Source: an uncultured Eubacteriales bacterium
GTDB taxonomy: Bacteria; Acidobacteriota; Aminicenantia; Aminicenantales; Saccharicenantaceae
Direction: 5' to 3'
Assembly: GCA_964458655.1 (NCBI GenBank)
Contig: CAYWJT010000002.1
Location: 13,299 to 77,298, forward strand
DNA: 64,000 bases
The translations under genes and the position numbers were made by a program. Positions 55,618 to 64,000 of the stretch are shown piece after piece. Under the pieces are notes generated by a model, which saw only the letters and a list, made by a program, of their open reading frames with translations, did not search any database and was not told the origin of the DNA. Within the stretch, counting starts at the first letter, position 1. Each line of letters begins with the position of its first letter.

Positions 55618-55889
55618 GATCTCCTCCTTAGCGAGATGAAGCGGATATACTTGGACTAGGGCGGTTTTGGAGCGCTTGCGGTATCAGGGCTTGATGTGGC
55701 CTGAGCATAACACCTGACGCAGGAAGGATAATTCGCCGGGCGCCGGCCTGTCAAGGACAATCGGGCTCTATGACGGAAAGTGTGGAAGGGGAAAACGGGG
55801 GCCGGACAATCGGCCGAGGGTTCGCGCGCGAGGCCGGGAATCGAACCGGGGCCGGCTTTAAGTGGTCGCGGAAGAAAAGCAAAAAAAGC

Positions 55890-55918
55890 TTGACATAGAG
55901 TGTTTTATACTATATAGT
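55890..55918 (+). promoter_or_regulatory. Sigma70-like promoter upstream of the PadR gene (TTGACA-17-TATAGT)
   Basis: TTGACA at 55890-55895, a 17-nt spacer, then TATAGT at 55913-55918. The ATG at 55936 is about 11 nt downstream of the predicted transcription start. Confidence 0.45.
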
Positions 55919-55927
55919 ATTATACAC
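55900..55927. promoter_or_regulatory. Palindromic candidate PadR operator overlapping the -10 element
   Basis: Perfect 14-bp palindrome ATACTATATAGTAT (55907-55920). It sits within an imperfect 28-bp palindrome GTGTTTTATACTA|TAGTATTATACAC (11/13 arm matches). Confidence 0.4.
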
Positions 55928-55935
55928 ATTATATT

Positions 55936-56310
55936 ATGACATACGGCATGAGAACAGGAGCGAGCATGACCGGCCCAGAGATAGGCGCACTCGAGACAGA
56001 GATGAACCGTGGGTTCCTCCTCATCTTGGCCCTGGCCCTCCTCGAGAAAGACATGTACGGCTACTCGATGGCCAAGCACATCGAGGGCCTGGGCTACCGG
56101 GTCGAGGAGAACACCCTCTATCCCCTCCTCCGCCGGCTCGAGAAGAACGGCTGGATAGCCTCCAAGTGGGACGTCTCCGAGGACCGGCCGCGCAAATTCT
56201 ATTCGATCACGCCAGAGGGTCGCGCCATCCGTGCCGCCCTGCTCGAGGTCTGGAAGAAGCAGGACCGCATCCTCGACGAGATCACAAAGGAGAACACCGA
56301 TGTCCGATAG
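55936..56310 (+). CDS. PadR-family transcriptional regulator
   Basis: LLILALALLEKDMYGYSMAKHIEGLGYRVEENTLYPLLRRLEKNGWIASKW is the PadR wHTH signature. A sigma70-like promoter and palindrome lie just upstream. Confidence 0.85.
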   Translation: MTYGMRTGASMTGPEIGALETEMNRGFLLILALALLEKDMYGYSMAKHIEGLGYRVEENTLYPLLRRLEKNGWIASKWDVSEDRPRKFYSITPEGRAIRAALLEVWKKQDRILDEITKENTDVR

Positions 56311-57274
56311 GCCCCGAACCCTCGAAACCTATCTCGAAGAGGTCAGTCACTTCCTCTCGGGCCGCGCCGAGCGTGAAGAGATCCTCTCCGAGATCCGCAG
56401 CCATATCCTGGAGAAAGCCGCGGCCGAGCACGGCGGGACTGACGACGCCGCGGTCGACAAGGCCGTCGCCGCCTACGGCCCGCCCCGCAAGGTGGCCGAG
56501 AGATACATCGACGACCGGCCCATCATCGCGCCGGCTTACAAGCGTTTCCTATTCCGCTACACGTCACTTCTGTTCGCCCTTCATACGCTCTTGACGGCCG
56601 CCGCCGTCGCTTTCAATAAGAGCTTCGTCATCTTCCCGTTCCTGCTCATACCCGAGATGGGCGTCGTCGACGCCCTCATGTACCTGCCGACGGCCTTCCT
56701 CGCCGACCTCGGCGCCGTGGCCCTCGTCCTCTACTTCATCACCCAGAGCGGCAAGGAGGTCAAGCTGCCTTGGCCGCGCTTCGGCGCCGACCTCGACGAG
56801 TTCAAGCCGACGAAAGGCTTCTGGTCGGGCCGATTCGCCACTGCCGTAGGCGCGGTCTTCATGCTGGCCCTGACCGGTTTTTGTTTCTACCTGCTGTCCA
56901 AGCACGCGACCATCTTTTTCGTCTTGGGCAAGCATTTCAATTTCCGCGACCCCGCCCCCCTCTTCACGCCGGACGCCGGCTACCGCCTTTCGCTCATCTT
57001 CATCGCCATGTTCGCCGCTACCACGATAGCCCTATTCGCCAAGCTGTTCACCCGGTCGCGCTGGGTGGACGTCGCTTCGAACGCCGTCTCCCTGGCCCTG
57101 ATCGGTCTCCTGCTCCGCCAGCCTTTCGACGGCCTTTTCGCCGTTCATGTGCCCGAGCGCCTACTGCCCAAGATCAAGTATGGGCTGAGGTTCTTGCTGC
57201 TGTGCGTCGCCCTGATGACCGCGCTCGAGCTCGTCAAGAACCTGGTCGTCATCGGCCGCCGCCGACTCAAATAG
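56300..57274 (+). CDS. DUF1700-like membrane protein (PadR-associated)
   Basis: The ATG at 56300 overlaps the PadR stop region. N-terminal ETYLEEVSHFLSGRAEREEILSEIRSHILEKA matches the DUF1700 consensus. It is followed by 5-6 TM helices, the classic PadR + DUF1700 gene pair. Confidence 0.65.
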   Translation: MSDRPRTLETYLEEVSHFLSGRAEREEILSEIRSHILEKAAAEHGGTDDAAVDKAVAAYGPPRKVAERYIDDRPIIAPAYKRFLFRYTSLLFALHTLLTAAAVAFNKSFVIFPFLLIPEMGVVDALMYLPTAFLADLGAVALVLYFITQSGKEVKLPWPRFGADLDEFKPTKGFWSGRFATAVGAVFMLALTGFCFYLLSKHATIFFVLGKHFNFRDPAPLFTPDAGYRLSLIFIAMFAATTIALFAKLFTRSRWVDVASNAVSLALIGLLLRQPFDGLFAVHVPERLLPKIKYGLRFLLLCVALMTALELVKNLVVIGRRRLK

Positions 57275-57426
57275 TGGAAATGCCACCCGCGCCCCGACCT
57301 AACTTTAGCAAAAGCAAGAAATTAGAAACAACGGCAGCCTGGAAGACCGCCCCAAAGAAGCTTGGTTAACATGCGCCATAAGGGTGTCTATGGGCCGGTC
57401 GGCGTAATTCCACGTCTTTTTATCTG

Positions 57427-57455
57427 TTGACTGGAAAGCGGAGCTCTATTAGGAT
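57427..57455 (+). promoter_or_regulatory. Candidate promoter upstream of the TauE-like gene (TTGACT-N17-TAGGAT), possibly leaderless
   Basis: TTGACT at 57427-57432 and TAGGAT at 57450-57455. The start codon follows within about 8 nt. Confidence 0.25.
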
Positions 57456-57463
57456 GGTTGGCC

Positions 57464-58342
57464 ATGACCATCATCCTGAAAACCGTTCTAGGGCTGATGA
57501 CGGCCTTTTTCGGCTTCTTCTATTTCCTCGATGTCATCAAAAAAAGGCGTGAATTCTCGGACAAGCCCTGGATCGGCTTCTTCGGGACCGGCTTCATCAC
57601 CAATTTCTTCGACACCCTGGGGATCGGCAGTTTCGCCCAGCAGACGGCCATCTTCAAGTTCTTCAAGTTGGTCGATGACCGGGTTATCCCGGGGACGATG
57701 AACGTCGGCAACACCATTCCCACCGTGACCCAGGCCTTCATCTTCATGACCGCGGTCAAGGTCGAACCCCTGACCCTGGTCTCGATGTCCGTGGCCGCGC
57801 CGGCCGGGGCCGTGCTCGGGGCGGGCGTCGTCTCCCGGATGTCCCGCCGCAAGATCCAGCTCGGAATGGGCTTCGGCCTCCTTGTCGTCGCCGGCATGAT
57901 CCTGGCCAGCCTTCTCGATTGGCTCCCGCTCGGCGGCGAGGCGATCGGACTGACGGGCGCAAAGCTGGGCGCCGCCGTGATCCTGAGCTTTATCTTCGGC
58001 GCCCTGCAGACCATCGGGATCGGGTTCTACGCCCCCTGCATGGCCACGGTCTACGCCCTCGGCATGCACCCCCGGGTGGCCTTCCCGATCATGATGACGG
58101 CCACGGCCATGCTCATGGCGGCCGGCAGCACCCGGTTTGTCAAGGAGCGGGCTTACGACCGCAAGGCAGCCATCGCCTTGACCGTTTTCGGCGTCCTGGG
58201 AGTCTTTCTGGCCGCTTTCGTCGTGAAATCCCTCCCCTTGACCGTCCTCAAGTGGATAGTGGTGGGAATAGTTCTCTACACGTCGATTTGGATGTTCATT
58301 TCGGCCCGCCGCTCCCGCCGCGAAGAATTGGCCGCCCAATAG
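57464..58342 (+). CDS. Integral membrane protein, possibly TauE/SafE-type anion exporter
   Basis: About 290 aa, 7-8 predicted TM helices with Gly-rich helices. The ATG at 57464 is used because the track start at 57458 is a TTG. Family call is weak. Confidence 0.4.
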   Translation: MTIILKTVLGLMTAFFGFFYFLDVIKKRREFSDKPWIGFFGTGFITNFFDTLGIGSFAQQTAIFKFFKLVDDRVIPGTMNVGNTIPTVTQAFIFMTAVKVEPLTLVSMSVAAPAGAVLGAGVVSRMSRRKIQLGMGFGLLVVAGMILASLLDWLPLGGEAIGLTGAKLGAAVILSFIFGALQTIGIGFYAPCMATVYALGMHPRVAFPIMMTATAMLMAAGSTRFVKERAYDRKAAIALTVFGVLGVFLAAFVVKSLPLTVLKWIVVGIVLYTSIWMFISARRSRREELAAQ

Positions 58343-58414
58343 GCGGCAGCGAGCCGGTCCCGACCCCACAGCCGAGGCCGCATTCCACTTTTGCTTTTTT
58401 AGCCGGGGGTCCGC

Positions 58415-58444
58415 TTGACAATTTTTCCACCCTGAACTTAGAAT
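58415..58444 (+). promoter_or_regulatory. Candidate sigma70-like promoter for accA (TTGACA-N17/18-TAGAAT)
   Basis: TTGACA at 58415-58420 and TAGAAT at 58439-58444, about 35 nt upstream of the accA ATG. Confidence 0.35.
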
Positions 58445-58478
58445 AGGCGGGTATCAAGTCGGCCCGAAAGAGTGAGTA

Positions 58479-59435
58479 ATGGAAAAAGAAGCGGACTTTT
58501 ACACCCTGGAAAGGGGCATCGTCGCCCTCAAGGAGCAAATCGACGCCTTGGCCGAGACCGACGCCCCTGACAGGGCCTCCAGGACAGCCGAACTCCGCGC
58601 CGAAATAGAGCGGGAATGGGCCAAAATAGTACCCCTGCTCACGTCCGTCCATATCGTCCAGATCGCCCGCCATCCCAAGCGGCCCTACACCCTTGATTAC
58701 ATCCCCGCCCTGTTCCAGGACTTCACGGAGATGCACGGCGACCGCCGCTTCGGCGACGACCCGGCCATCGTGGCCGGCCTGGCCTTCTACAAGGGCCGGA
58801 CCGTGGCCGTGATCGGCCACCAGAAGGGCCGGACCACCCGCGCCCGCATCGAAAGGAACTTCGGCCAGCCGAACCCCGAGGGTTTCCGCAAGGCCCTGCG
58901 GGTCATGCAGCTCGCCGAGAAGTTCGGCTTCCCGGTCGTCACTCTGGTGGACACCCCGGGCGCCTACCCGGGCATCGGCGCCGAAGAGCGAGGCCAGGCC
59001 GAGGCCATCGCCACCAACCTGAAGACCATCGCCGCCCTAAAAGTGCCAATAGTCAACATCGTCATCGGCGAAGGCGGCAGCGGCGGCGGGCTCGGCATCG
59101 GCTTCGGCGACCAGTTGATGATGCTCGAGTACTCCTTCTATTCGGTCATATCGCCCGAGGGCTGCGCCGCCATCCTCTGGAAGGACCAGTCGGCCGTCCG
59201 TCAGGCGGCCGAGAACCTCGGCCTCCGGTCCGAGACGCTTTTCAAGCTCGGCATCATCGACAAGATCATCCCCGAGCCGGCCGGCGCCGCCCACACCGAC
59301 CCCGAGCAGACCTACAGGAACGTCGACAAGGCCCTGTCGGCCGCCCTCAAGAAATTCGAGGGCAAGCCCGTCGAGGAGCTGCGCGAGGAGCGCTACCGGA
59401 AAATAAGGAAGATGGGGGTCTTCGTGGAGAAGTGA
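58479..59435 (+). CDS. accA: Acetyl-CoA carboxylase carboxyltransferase subunit alpha
   Basis: HPKRPYTLDYI, GRTVAVIGHQKGR and PGAYPGIGAEERGQ are AccA hallmarks. 318 aa. Confidence 0.9.
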   Translation: MEKEADFYTLERGIVALKEQIDALAETDAPDRASRTAELRAEIEREWAKIVPLLTSVHIVQIARHPKRPYTLDYIPALFQDFTEMHGDRRFGDDPAIVAGLAFYKGRTVAVIGHQKGRTTRARIERNFGQPNPEGFRKALRVMQLAEKFGFPVVTLVDTPGAYPGIGAEERGQAEAIATNLKTIAALKVPIVNIVIGEGGSGGGLGIGFGDQLMMLEYSFYSVISPEGCAAILWKDQSAVRQAAENLGLRSETLFKLGIIDKIIPEPAGAAHTDPEQTYRNVDKALSAALKKFEGKPVEELREERYRKIRKMGVFVEK

Positions 59436-60700
59436 GCGAAGACGCCCCCGCCAAGAAAGAGGTCTCGTCGGTCAAAGGCACCCACGACATCCTGCCCGGC
59501 GAGGTCGAGAAGTGGCAGGCCTTCGAGGCCGCGGCCCGCTCCGTCTTCGAGGCCTACGGCTACCGCGAGCTCCGGGCGCCCGTAATCGAACACACCGAGC
59601 TCTTCGAAAAGAGCACCGGCCAGAGCTCGGACATCGTGACCAAGGAGATGTACACTTTCACCGACAAGGGCGGCCGGTCCATCACTCTCCGCCCCGAATA
59701 CACGCCCTCCGTCGTCCGGGCCATCATCGAGCACCGGCTCGACCTCCGGCCCGAGCCGCTCCGCTTCTATTACATGGGCCCGATGTTCCGCTACGACAAG
59801 CCCCAGAAGGGCCGGTACCGCCAGTTCCACCAGGTCGACGTCGAGGTCTTCGGCGAGAAGGACCCGGCCGTGGACGCCGAGGTCGTGGAAATGGCCCACC
59901 ACCTGCTCGACCGGCTGAACGTCGCCGGCACAGAGACCCTGGTGAACTCCGTCGGCTGCCGGGAATGCCGGCCGGCCTACAGCGCCGCCCTCCGGCAATC
60001 GGCCCGCGCGAGCCTGGACCGGCTCTGCGAGGACTGCCGCCGCAAGGCCGAGCTCAACCCGCTCAGGATCTTCGACTGCAAGCTCGAAAGCTGCCGCCAG
60101 GTCGCCGCTTCCTTCCCTGCCATCCAAGAATACCTCTGCGAGGATTGCGGCCGGCACTTCGACGACTTCAAGGGATACCTCGAACTGCTGGGCATACCTT
60201 ACAAGGTCGACGCCAGGCTGGTGCGAGGGCTCGATTACTACACCAAGACCACCTTCGAGGTCGTGAGCACCTCCCTGGGCGCCCAGAACGCGCTGCTCGG
60301 CGGCGGCCGCTACGACGACATGATGCGCGATTTCGGCGGGCCCGACCTGTGCGGCATCGGCTTCGCCCTGGGCATCGAGCGCCTGCTCGCGACCGTCGAG
60401 ATCCCTGTTCCGCCCAGGAAGACGCTGTACATCGCCTGGCTCGACGAGCCCGCCCGCCGGGAGGCCCTCAAGACCGCCCGCTTCTTCCGCCGGCAGGGCG
60501 TCGAGACGCTCATCGAATACAAGGACCGCGGCATGAAGGCCCATTTCAGTCGGGCCAACCGCCTCAAGGCCGAATGGGTCTTGACGATAGGCGACCAGGA
60601 GCTAAGGAGCGGCCGCTTCGGCCTGAAGGACATGGCCGCCGGCAGCCAGCACGAGGGCACGCCGGAAGAGCTGCTGGCCCGCCTGAAGCCCGAACGGTAG
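59432..60700 (+). CDS. hisS: Histidine--tRNA ligase
   Basis: The GTG start overlaps the accA stop (GTGA). Class II aaRS motifs (FRYDKPQKGRYRQFHQVDVE, GGGRYDDM) and a C-terminal anticodon-binding domain. Confidence 0.9.
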   Translation: MSEDAPAKKEVSSVKGTHDILPGEVEKWQAFEAAARSVFEAYGYRELRAPVIEHTELFEKSTGQSSDIVTKEMYTFTDKGGRSITLRPEYTPSVVRAIIEHRLDLRPEPLRFYYMGPMFRYDKPQKGRYRQFHQVDVEVFGEKDPAVDAEVVEMAHHLLDRLNVAGTETLVNSVGCRECRPAYSAALRQSARASLDRLCEDCRRKAELNPLRIFDCKLESCRQVAASFPAIQEYLCEDCGRHFDDFKGYLELLGIPYKVDARLVRGLDYYTKTTFEVVSTSLGAQNALLGGGRYDDMMRDFGGPDLCGIGFALGIERLLATVEIPVPPRKTLYIAWLDEPARREALKTARFFRRQGVETLIEYKDRGMKAHFSRANRLKAEWVLTIGDQELRSGRFGLKDMAAGSQHEGTPEELLARLKPER

Positions 60701-60766
60701 ACGCGCGAACCGGGGCCTTCGTCCGCCCGGGCGGCGGCAAGGCCGCGCCGATAGGATCGAGGTGAC

Positions 60767-62509
60767 ATGCTGAAAAGGACACACTACTGCGGAGAGCTCA
60801 GGGTCGGACACGTGGGCCGCGAGGTCGTCCTCGCCGGCTGGGTCCAGCGGGTGCGCGACATAGGTCACCTGGTCTTCGTCGACCTCAGGGACCGCGAGGG
60901 CCTGGTCCAGCTCGTCTTCACGAGCGAAAGCCCGGCGCTCCTCGAATCCGCCAAGAAGCTCCGGCCGGAGTGCGTCGTTGCGGCCGCGGGCAGGGTCCGC
61001 CGCCGCGAGCCCGGCCTGGTCAACCCGGGCATGGACACGGGCGAAGTCGAGGTCCTGGCGGACCGGCTCGAACTCATCGCCTCGTCGCGGGTCCCGCCCT
61101 TCCAGGTGGTCGACCCGGCTCAGGCGGCCGAGGAGCTGCGCTTCAAGTACAGATACCTGGACCTGCGCCGGCCGTCCATGCAGAAGAACCTCCGGCTCAG
61201 GCACGAGGCCGCCCTGGCCGTCAGGAACCACCTGAGCGAGCGCGGCTTCATCGAGGTCGAAACGCCCTTCCTGACCAAGTCCACGCCCGAGGGCGCCCGC
61301 GACTACCTGGTGCCGAGCCGCATCTACAAGGGCAGATTCTACGCCCTGCCCCAGTCGCCGCAGCTCTTCAAGCAGCTGCTGATGGTCGCGGGTTTCGACC
61401 GCTATTTCCAGGTCGTCCGCTGCTTCCGGGACGAGGACCTGCGGGCCGACCGCCAGCCGGAATTCACCCAGGTCGACATCGAGATGAGTTTCGTCGACCG
61501 CGACGACATATACACGCTGACCGAAGGGCTGATGGTCGAGGTCTTCCGGCTGATAGGGCACGATCTCAAGACGCCCTTCCCACGGCTGACCCACCGGGAG
61601 AGCCTGGAGCGCTACGGCACCGACAAACCCGACCTCCGGGGCGGCATGGACATCAAGGACCTGACCGACGTCGCGGCCGGACTCGGCTCGGAGGCCGCGG
61701 CCGCGGCTGTCGCGTCGGGAGGCGTCCTGAAAGCCATCGTCGTAAGGGGCGCGGCCGGTCTTTCGCGCTCGCGGCTCGACAAGCTGAGCGATAAAGCCAA
61801 GGCCTTCGGGGCTCCCGGCCTGTTCTGGGTCAAGAAGGAAGCCGGCTGGAAGGCTTCGCTCAAAGTGCCGGAAACTTCCTACGGGCTCATCTGGCAGCAG
61901 ACAGGCGCCGACGAGGGCGACCTGGTCCTGCTCGCGGCGGGCAAGCGCGAGCCCATCCTGCGCGCTCTCGGCGAGGTCAGGAAGGACCTCCTCGCCGAGC
62001 TCGTCCGCGGCCAGGACCTCTTCGAGTTCGTCTGGGTCACGGACTTCCCGCTCATGGAGTGGAGCGAGGAAGAGGGCCGCTTGGTCTCGGTCCACCATCC
62101 GTTCACCTCGCCCAACCCCGAGGACCTGGACAGGCTCGAAAGCGACCCGGCCTCGGTGCGGGCGCTCGCCTACGACATCGTCCTAAACGGCTACGAGCTC
62201 GGCGGCGGTTCCATACGGATCCACGACACCGGCCTGCAGAAGCGCGTCTTCAAGGCGCTCGGCCTTTCGGAGCAGGAAGCGGAGGAGAAATTCGGCTTCC
62301 TGCTGGAAGCCCTGAGCTACGGCGCGCCGCCCCACGGCGGCATCGCCCTGGGCTTCGACCGGATGGTCATGCTCCTCGCCGGCGAAGAATCGCTGCGCGA
62401 GGTCATCCCCTTCCCCAAGACGACGAGCGCCCTGGACCTGATGACCGGTTCGCCCTCAGAAGTCGCCGAACGCCAGCTCGAAGAGCTCGGCATAAAAATC
62501 AAACTATAA
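60767..62509 (+). CDS. aspS: Aspartate--tRNA ligase
   Basis: N-terminal OB fold, FRDEDLRADRQPEFTQVD (motif 2 region), GGGSIRIHD and GFDRMVMLL (motif 3). 580 aa, bacterial type with insertion domain. Confidence 0.9.
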   Translation: MLKRTHYCGELRVGHVGREVVLAGWVQRVRDIGHLVFVDLRDREGLVQLVFTSESPALLESAKKLRPECVVAAAGRVRRREPGLVNPGMDTGEVEVLADRLELIASSRVPPFQVVDPAQAAEELRFKYRYLDLRRPSMQKNLRLRHEAALAVRNHLSERGFIEVETPFLTKSTPEGARDYLVPSRIYKGRFYALPQSPQLFKQLLMVAGFDRYFQVVRCFRDEDLRADRQPEFTQVDIEMSFVDRDDIYTLTEGLMVEVFRLIGHDLKTPFPRLTHRESLERYGTDKPDLRGGMDIKDLTDVAAGLGSEAAAAAVASGGVLKAIVVRGAAGLSRSRLDKLSDKAKAFGAPGLFWVKKEAGWKASLKVPETSYGLIWQQTGADEGDLVLLAAGKREPILRALGEVRKDLLAELVRGQDLFEFVWVTDFPLMEWSEEEGRLVSVHHPFTSPNPEDLDRLESDPASVRALAYDIVLNGYELGGGSIRIHDTGLQKRVFKALGLSEQEAEEKFGFLLEALSYGAPPHGGIALGFDRMVMLLAGEESLREVIPFPKTTSALDLMTGSPSEVAERQLEELGIKIKL

Positions 62510-62532
62510 TAAGAGCTACGGTTAAGCCTTAG

Positions 62533-62557
62533 TAACAATAAATCCTTCTTATTGTTA
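62533..62557 (+). terminator. 9-bp inverted repeat TAACAATAA-N7-TTATTGTTA 24 nt after the aspS stop (aspS terminator-like hairpin and/or island-boundary repeat)
   Basis: Perfect revcomp arms read directly. Sits at the GC/AT transition. Confidence 0.4.
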
Positions 62558-62661
62558 TTAATGTCCCTCTTGTAACTAATATCGCTTTATTCATATAATC
62601 GCCATGAGGAAATAGATCTACTCATGGAATGCATTTTATACAGTTATTAAGTGCGGAATGA

Positions 62662-64000
62662 ATGATGCTAACTAAGGAGCAAGAAGCATATTTTGACAAC
62701 TTAAAGCATACAATCTCATCGTGGGAAAATCCGTATCGCTTTGCCCTTATTTCTTATGTCGGCAAAAAAAGGAGAATGCATTCTCAATTTTATATGCTCG
62801 TATCGCACTAGGGTGGGAAAGAACGCACTTTACTAATTATTACTTTAAATCAGAACATATCGTTGCGTCTGCTTCTTTAATGGAACTTAACAACGATGCT
62901 TTATACTCATTATTAGAAAATGCCATTCAGGGTAATATAATCGATCCAAATAACAACGTATCTCTCAATATTGAATATCGGACGCCCCCAAGTGTTTTCT
63001 TCTCGCCAGTAAGCCCCGTAAGGACTCACGACAATAACTCACGGATTCCAGCACTAAGTATTCACGGCTTGCAACCATTTGAGTTAGGATTGTCACGACC
63101 AAACATTGAACTTATCGACTGGGAAATCAAAGCTTCAGATTCGCCATACTTCGGCCTTGATGACATATTAAACTCTTTCCTTTTTCCGTCTTACAATAAT
63201 ATACAATCATCTACCCTTGAAATAATCCTAATGCCGCCTGGTCGTATAGATAACGAGTCTGTATTATCAAACGGCAAAGCAACTATTGTTATTAAGACAT
63301 CACCCAGCCTTAATATAGATAAAATCAGGCTTGGCTGTATATTTTTTAGGCAGCCACTTGAGATTACAAGAACAAGGATTGATCCGAATAGCATCGTTTA
63401 TGAAAAAAGCACTGATTTTCTTATCGGCCGTGTGCAGCTAGAAGCTGAGAATGTTTATGTCTTACCCGCTTTTCTTAGTTACGGCGATATTTGTTTTCAT
63501 CAATTATTTTTATCGGACCCAGCTAAAAGCCCAAACTCAAGATATTCGATATATGGAATATTTGATAGAGATGCGGCTGCACTAAAAGATATTATTCTAT
63601 CAACAGATAAATCAGATATGTTCGAGTTCTTCATTAATAACCTTCTAAGCCTTCTGGGTTTCAACACATTATTCCTCTCTGGTCAGAAAAAATTGACAGA
63701 TGCGCCGGATATAATTGCATTCACGCCTCAAGGAAATGTGGCAGTTGTAGAGTGCACACTGGGATTACCTAGTGCCAATGATAAAATACAAAGGGTTCAC
63801 AAGAGAGCGGTTAATATAAGAAGAGAATTGGCCAACATAGGGCTCGCAAGCATAGAAGTTACGCCTGCCATAGTAAGCCAATTATCTCGTGATGAAGCCA
63901 AAGCGGACATTGCAAATGCTGCATCATATGGAATATTAATTATATGCAAGGAGGAATTAGAAAATCTGTTATCAAGGCTTAGAATGCCTCAGAATCCTGA
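62662..64000 (+). CDS. Hypothetical protein of the AT-rich island, 3'-truncated by the window edge; reading frame appears to require a +1 nt correction at an A7 run (62764-62770)
   Basis: Frame 62662-62811 (MMLTKEQEAYFDNLKHTISSWENPYRFALISYVGKK...) stops at 62809. A second frame opens at 62697 and is stop-free to 64000 (…ENAFSILYARIALGWERTHFTNYYF…DAPDIIAFTPQGNVAVVECTLGL…). It is absent from the ORF track because it has no stop. An eighth A in the A7 tract would fuse the two frames. No family recognised. Confidence 0.45.
62764..62770 (+). repeat. A7 homopolymer at the junction of the two island reading frames
   Basis: ggcAAAAAAAgg read directly. An indel here interconverts the frames. Confidence 0.6.

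Larger units (their letters stand above)
62510..64000. other. AT-rich, compositionally foreign segment (putative horizontally acquired island, left boundary only)
   Basis: GC content drops abruptly right after the aspS stop, from roughly 65% to an estimated 35-40% (by eye). Codon usage becomes A/T-ending. The segment continues beyond the window end. Confidence 0.7.

Noticed and set aside
51922-55659. 430-aa and 717-aa plus-strand ORFs
   Set aside because: Antisense to the aminotransferase, cupin, SDR and unknown-enzyme operon, whose sense frames have clear family motifs.
58343-58414. T-rich stretch ttttgctttttt after the TauE-like gene as an intrinsic terminator
   Set aside because: No convincing upstream stem could be paired, so it is left uncalled.
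60602-62098. 498-aa minus-strand ORF
   Set aside because: Antisense to aspS.
63191-63394. 67-aa minus-strand ORF in the AT-rich island
   Set aside because: Antisense to the long stop-free plus-strand frame. Hydrophobic low-complexity translation expected from AT-rich antisense.
1-64000. CRISPR arrays, tRNA/rRNA genes, IS elements or integrase genes
   Set aside because: I saw no regularly spaced direct repeats, no tRNA-like cloverleaf candidates in the intergenic regions checked, and no transposase or integrase motifs. The island boundary at 62510 has an inverted repeat but no recognisable recombinase within the window.

Overview
This 64 kb window comes from a high-GC bacterium (most third codon positions are G or C; I estimate roughly 65% GC by eye, not computed). 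About 62.5 kb is native, densely coding DNA. The last ~1.5 kb is an abrupt AT-rich, compositionally foreign segment. The native part is dominated by a glycan-utilisation locus that is not of the Bacteroidetes SusC/SusD type. It contains three formylglycine-type sulfatases and an adjacent anaerobic sulfatase-maturating radical-SAM enzyme. It also has GH95 and GH29 alpha-L-fucosidases and two paralogous ~1000-aa glycoside hydrolases with a C-terminal GH2-type beta-sandwich. There is a GH63-like (alpha/alpha)6 hydrolase, a TonB-dependent outer-membrane receptor, a Na+/solute symporter, two paralogous ROK regulators, and Zn- and Fe-type alcohol dehydrogenases. Interleaved are several large secreted proteins of unknown function. 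These include a three-member paralog family carrying a LamG-like domain and a repeated module that I could not place in any named family. Housekeeping genes (accA, hisS, aspS) close the native part. A GWxTD-domain protein, TPR proteins and a CarboxypepD_reg-fused TonB receptor suggest an Acidobacteria-like or related lineage (inference only). The AT-rich tail (62510-64000) carries a long open frame that runs off the window, which is why it is absent from the ORF track. That frame appears to be joined to a short upstream ORF across an A7 homopolymer. I could not assign it to any family, and it is the best candidate here for recently acquired cargo of unknown function. No rRNA, tRNA or CRISPR array was found. 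Many long stop-free ORFs in the track are antisense artefacts of high GC and were rejected.
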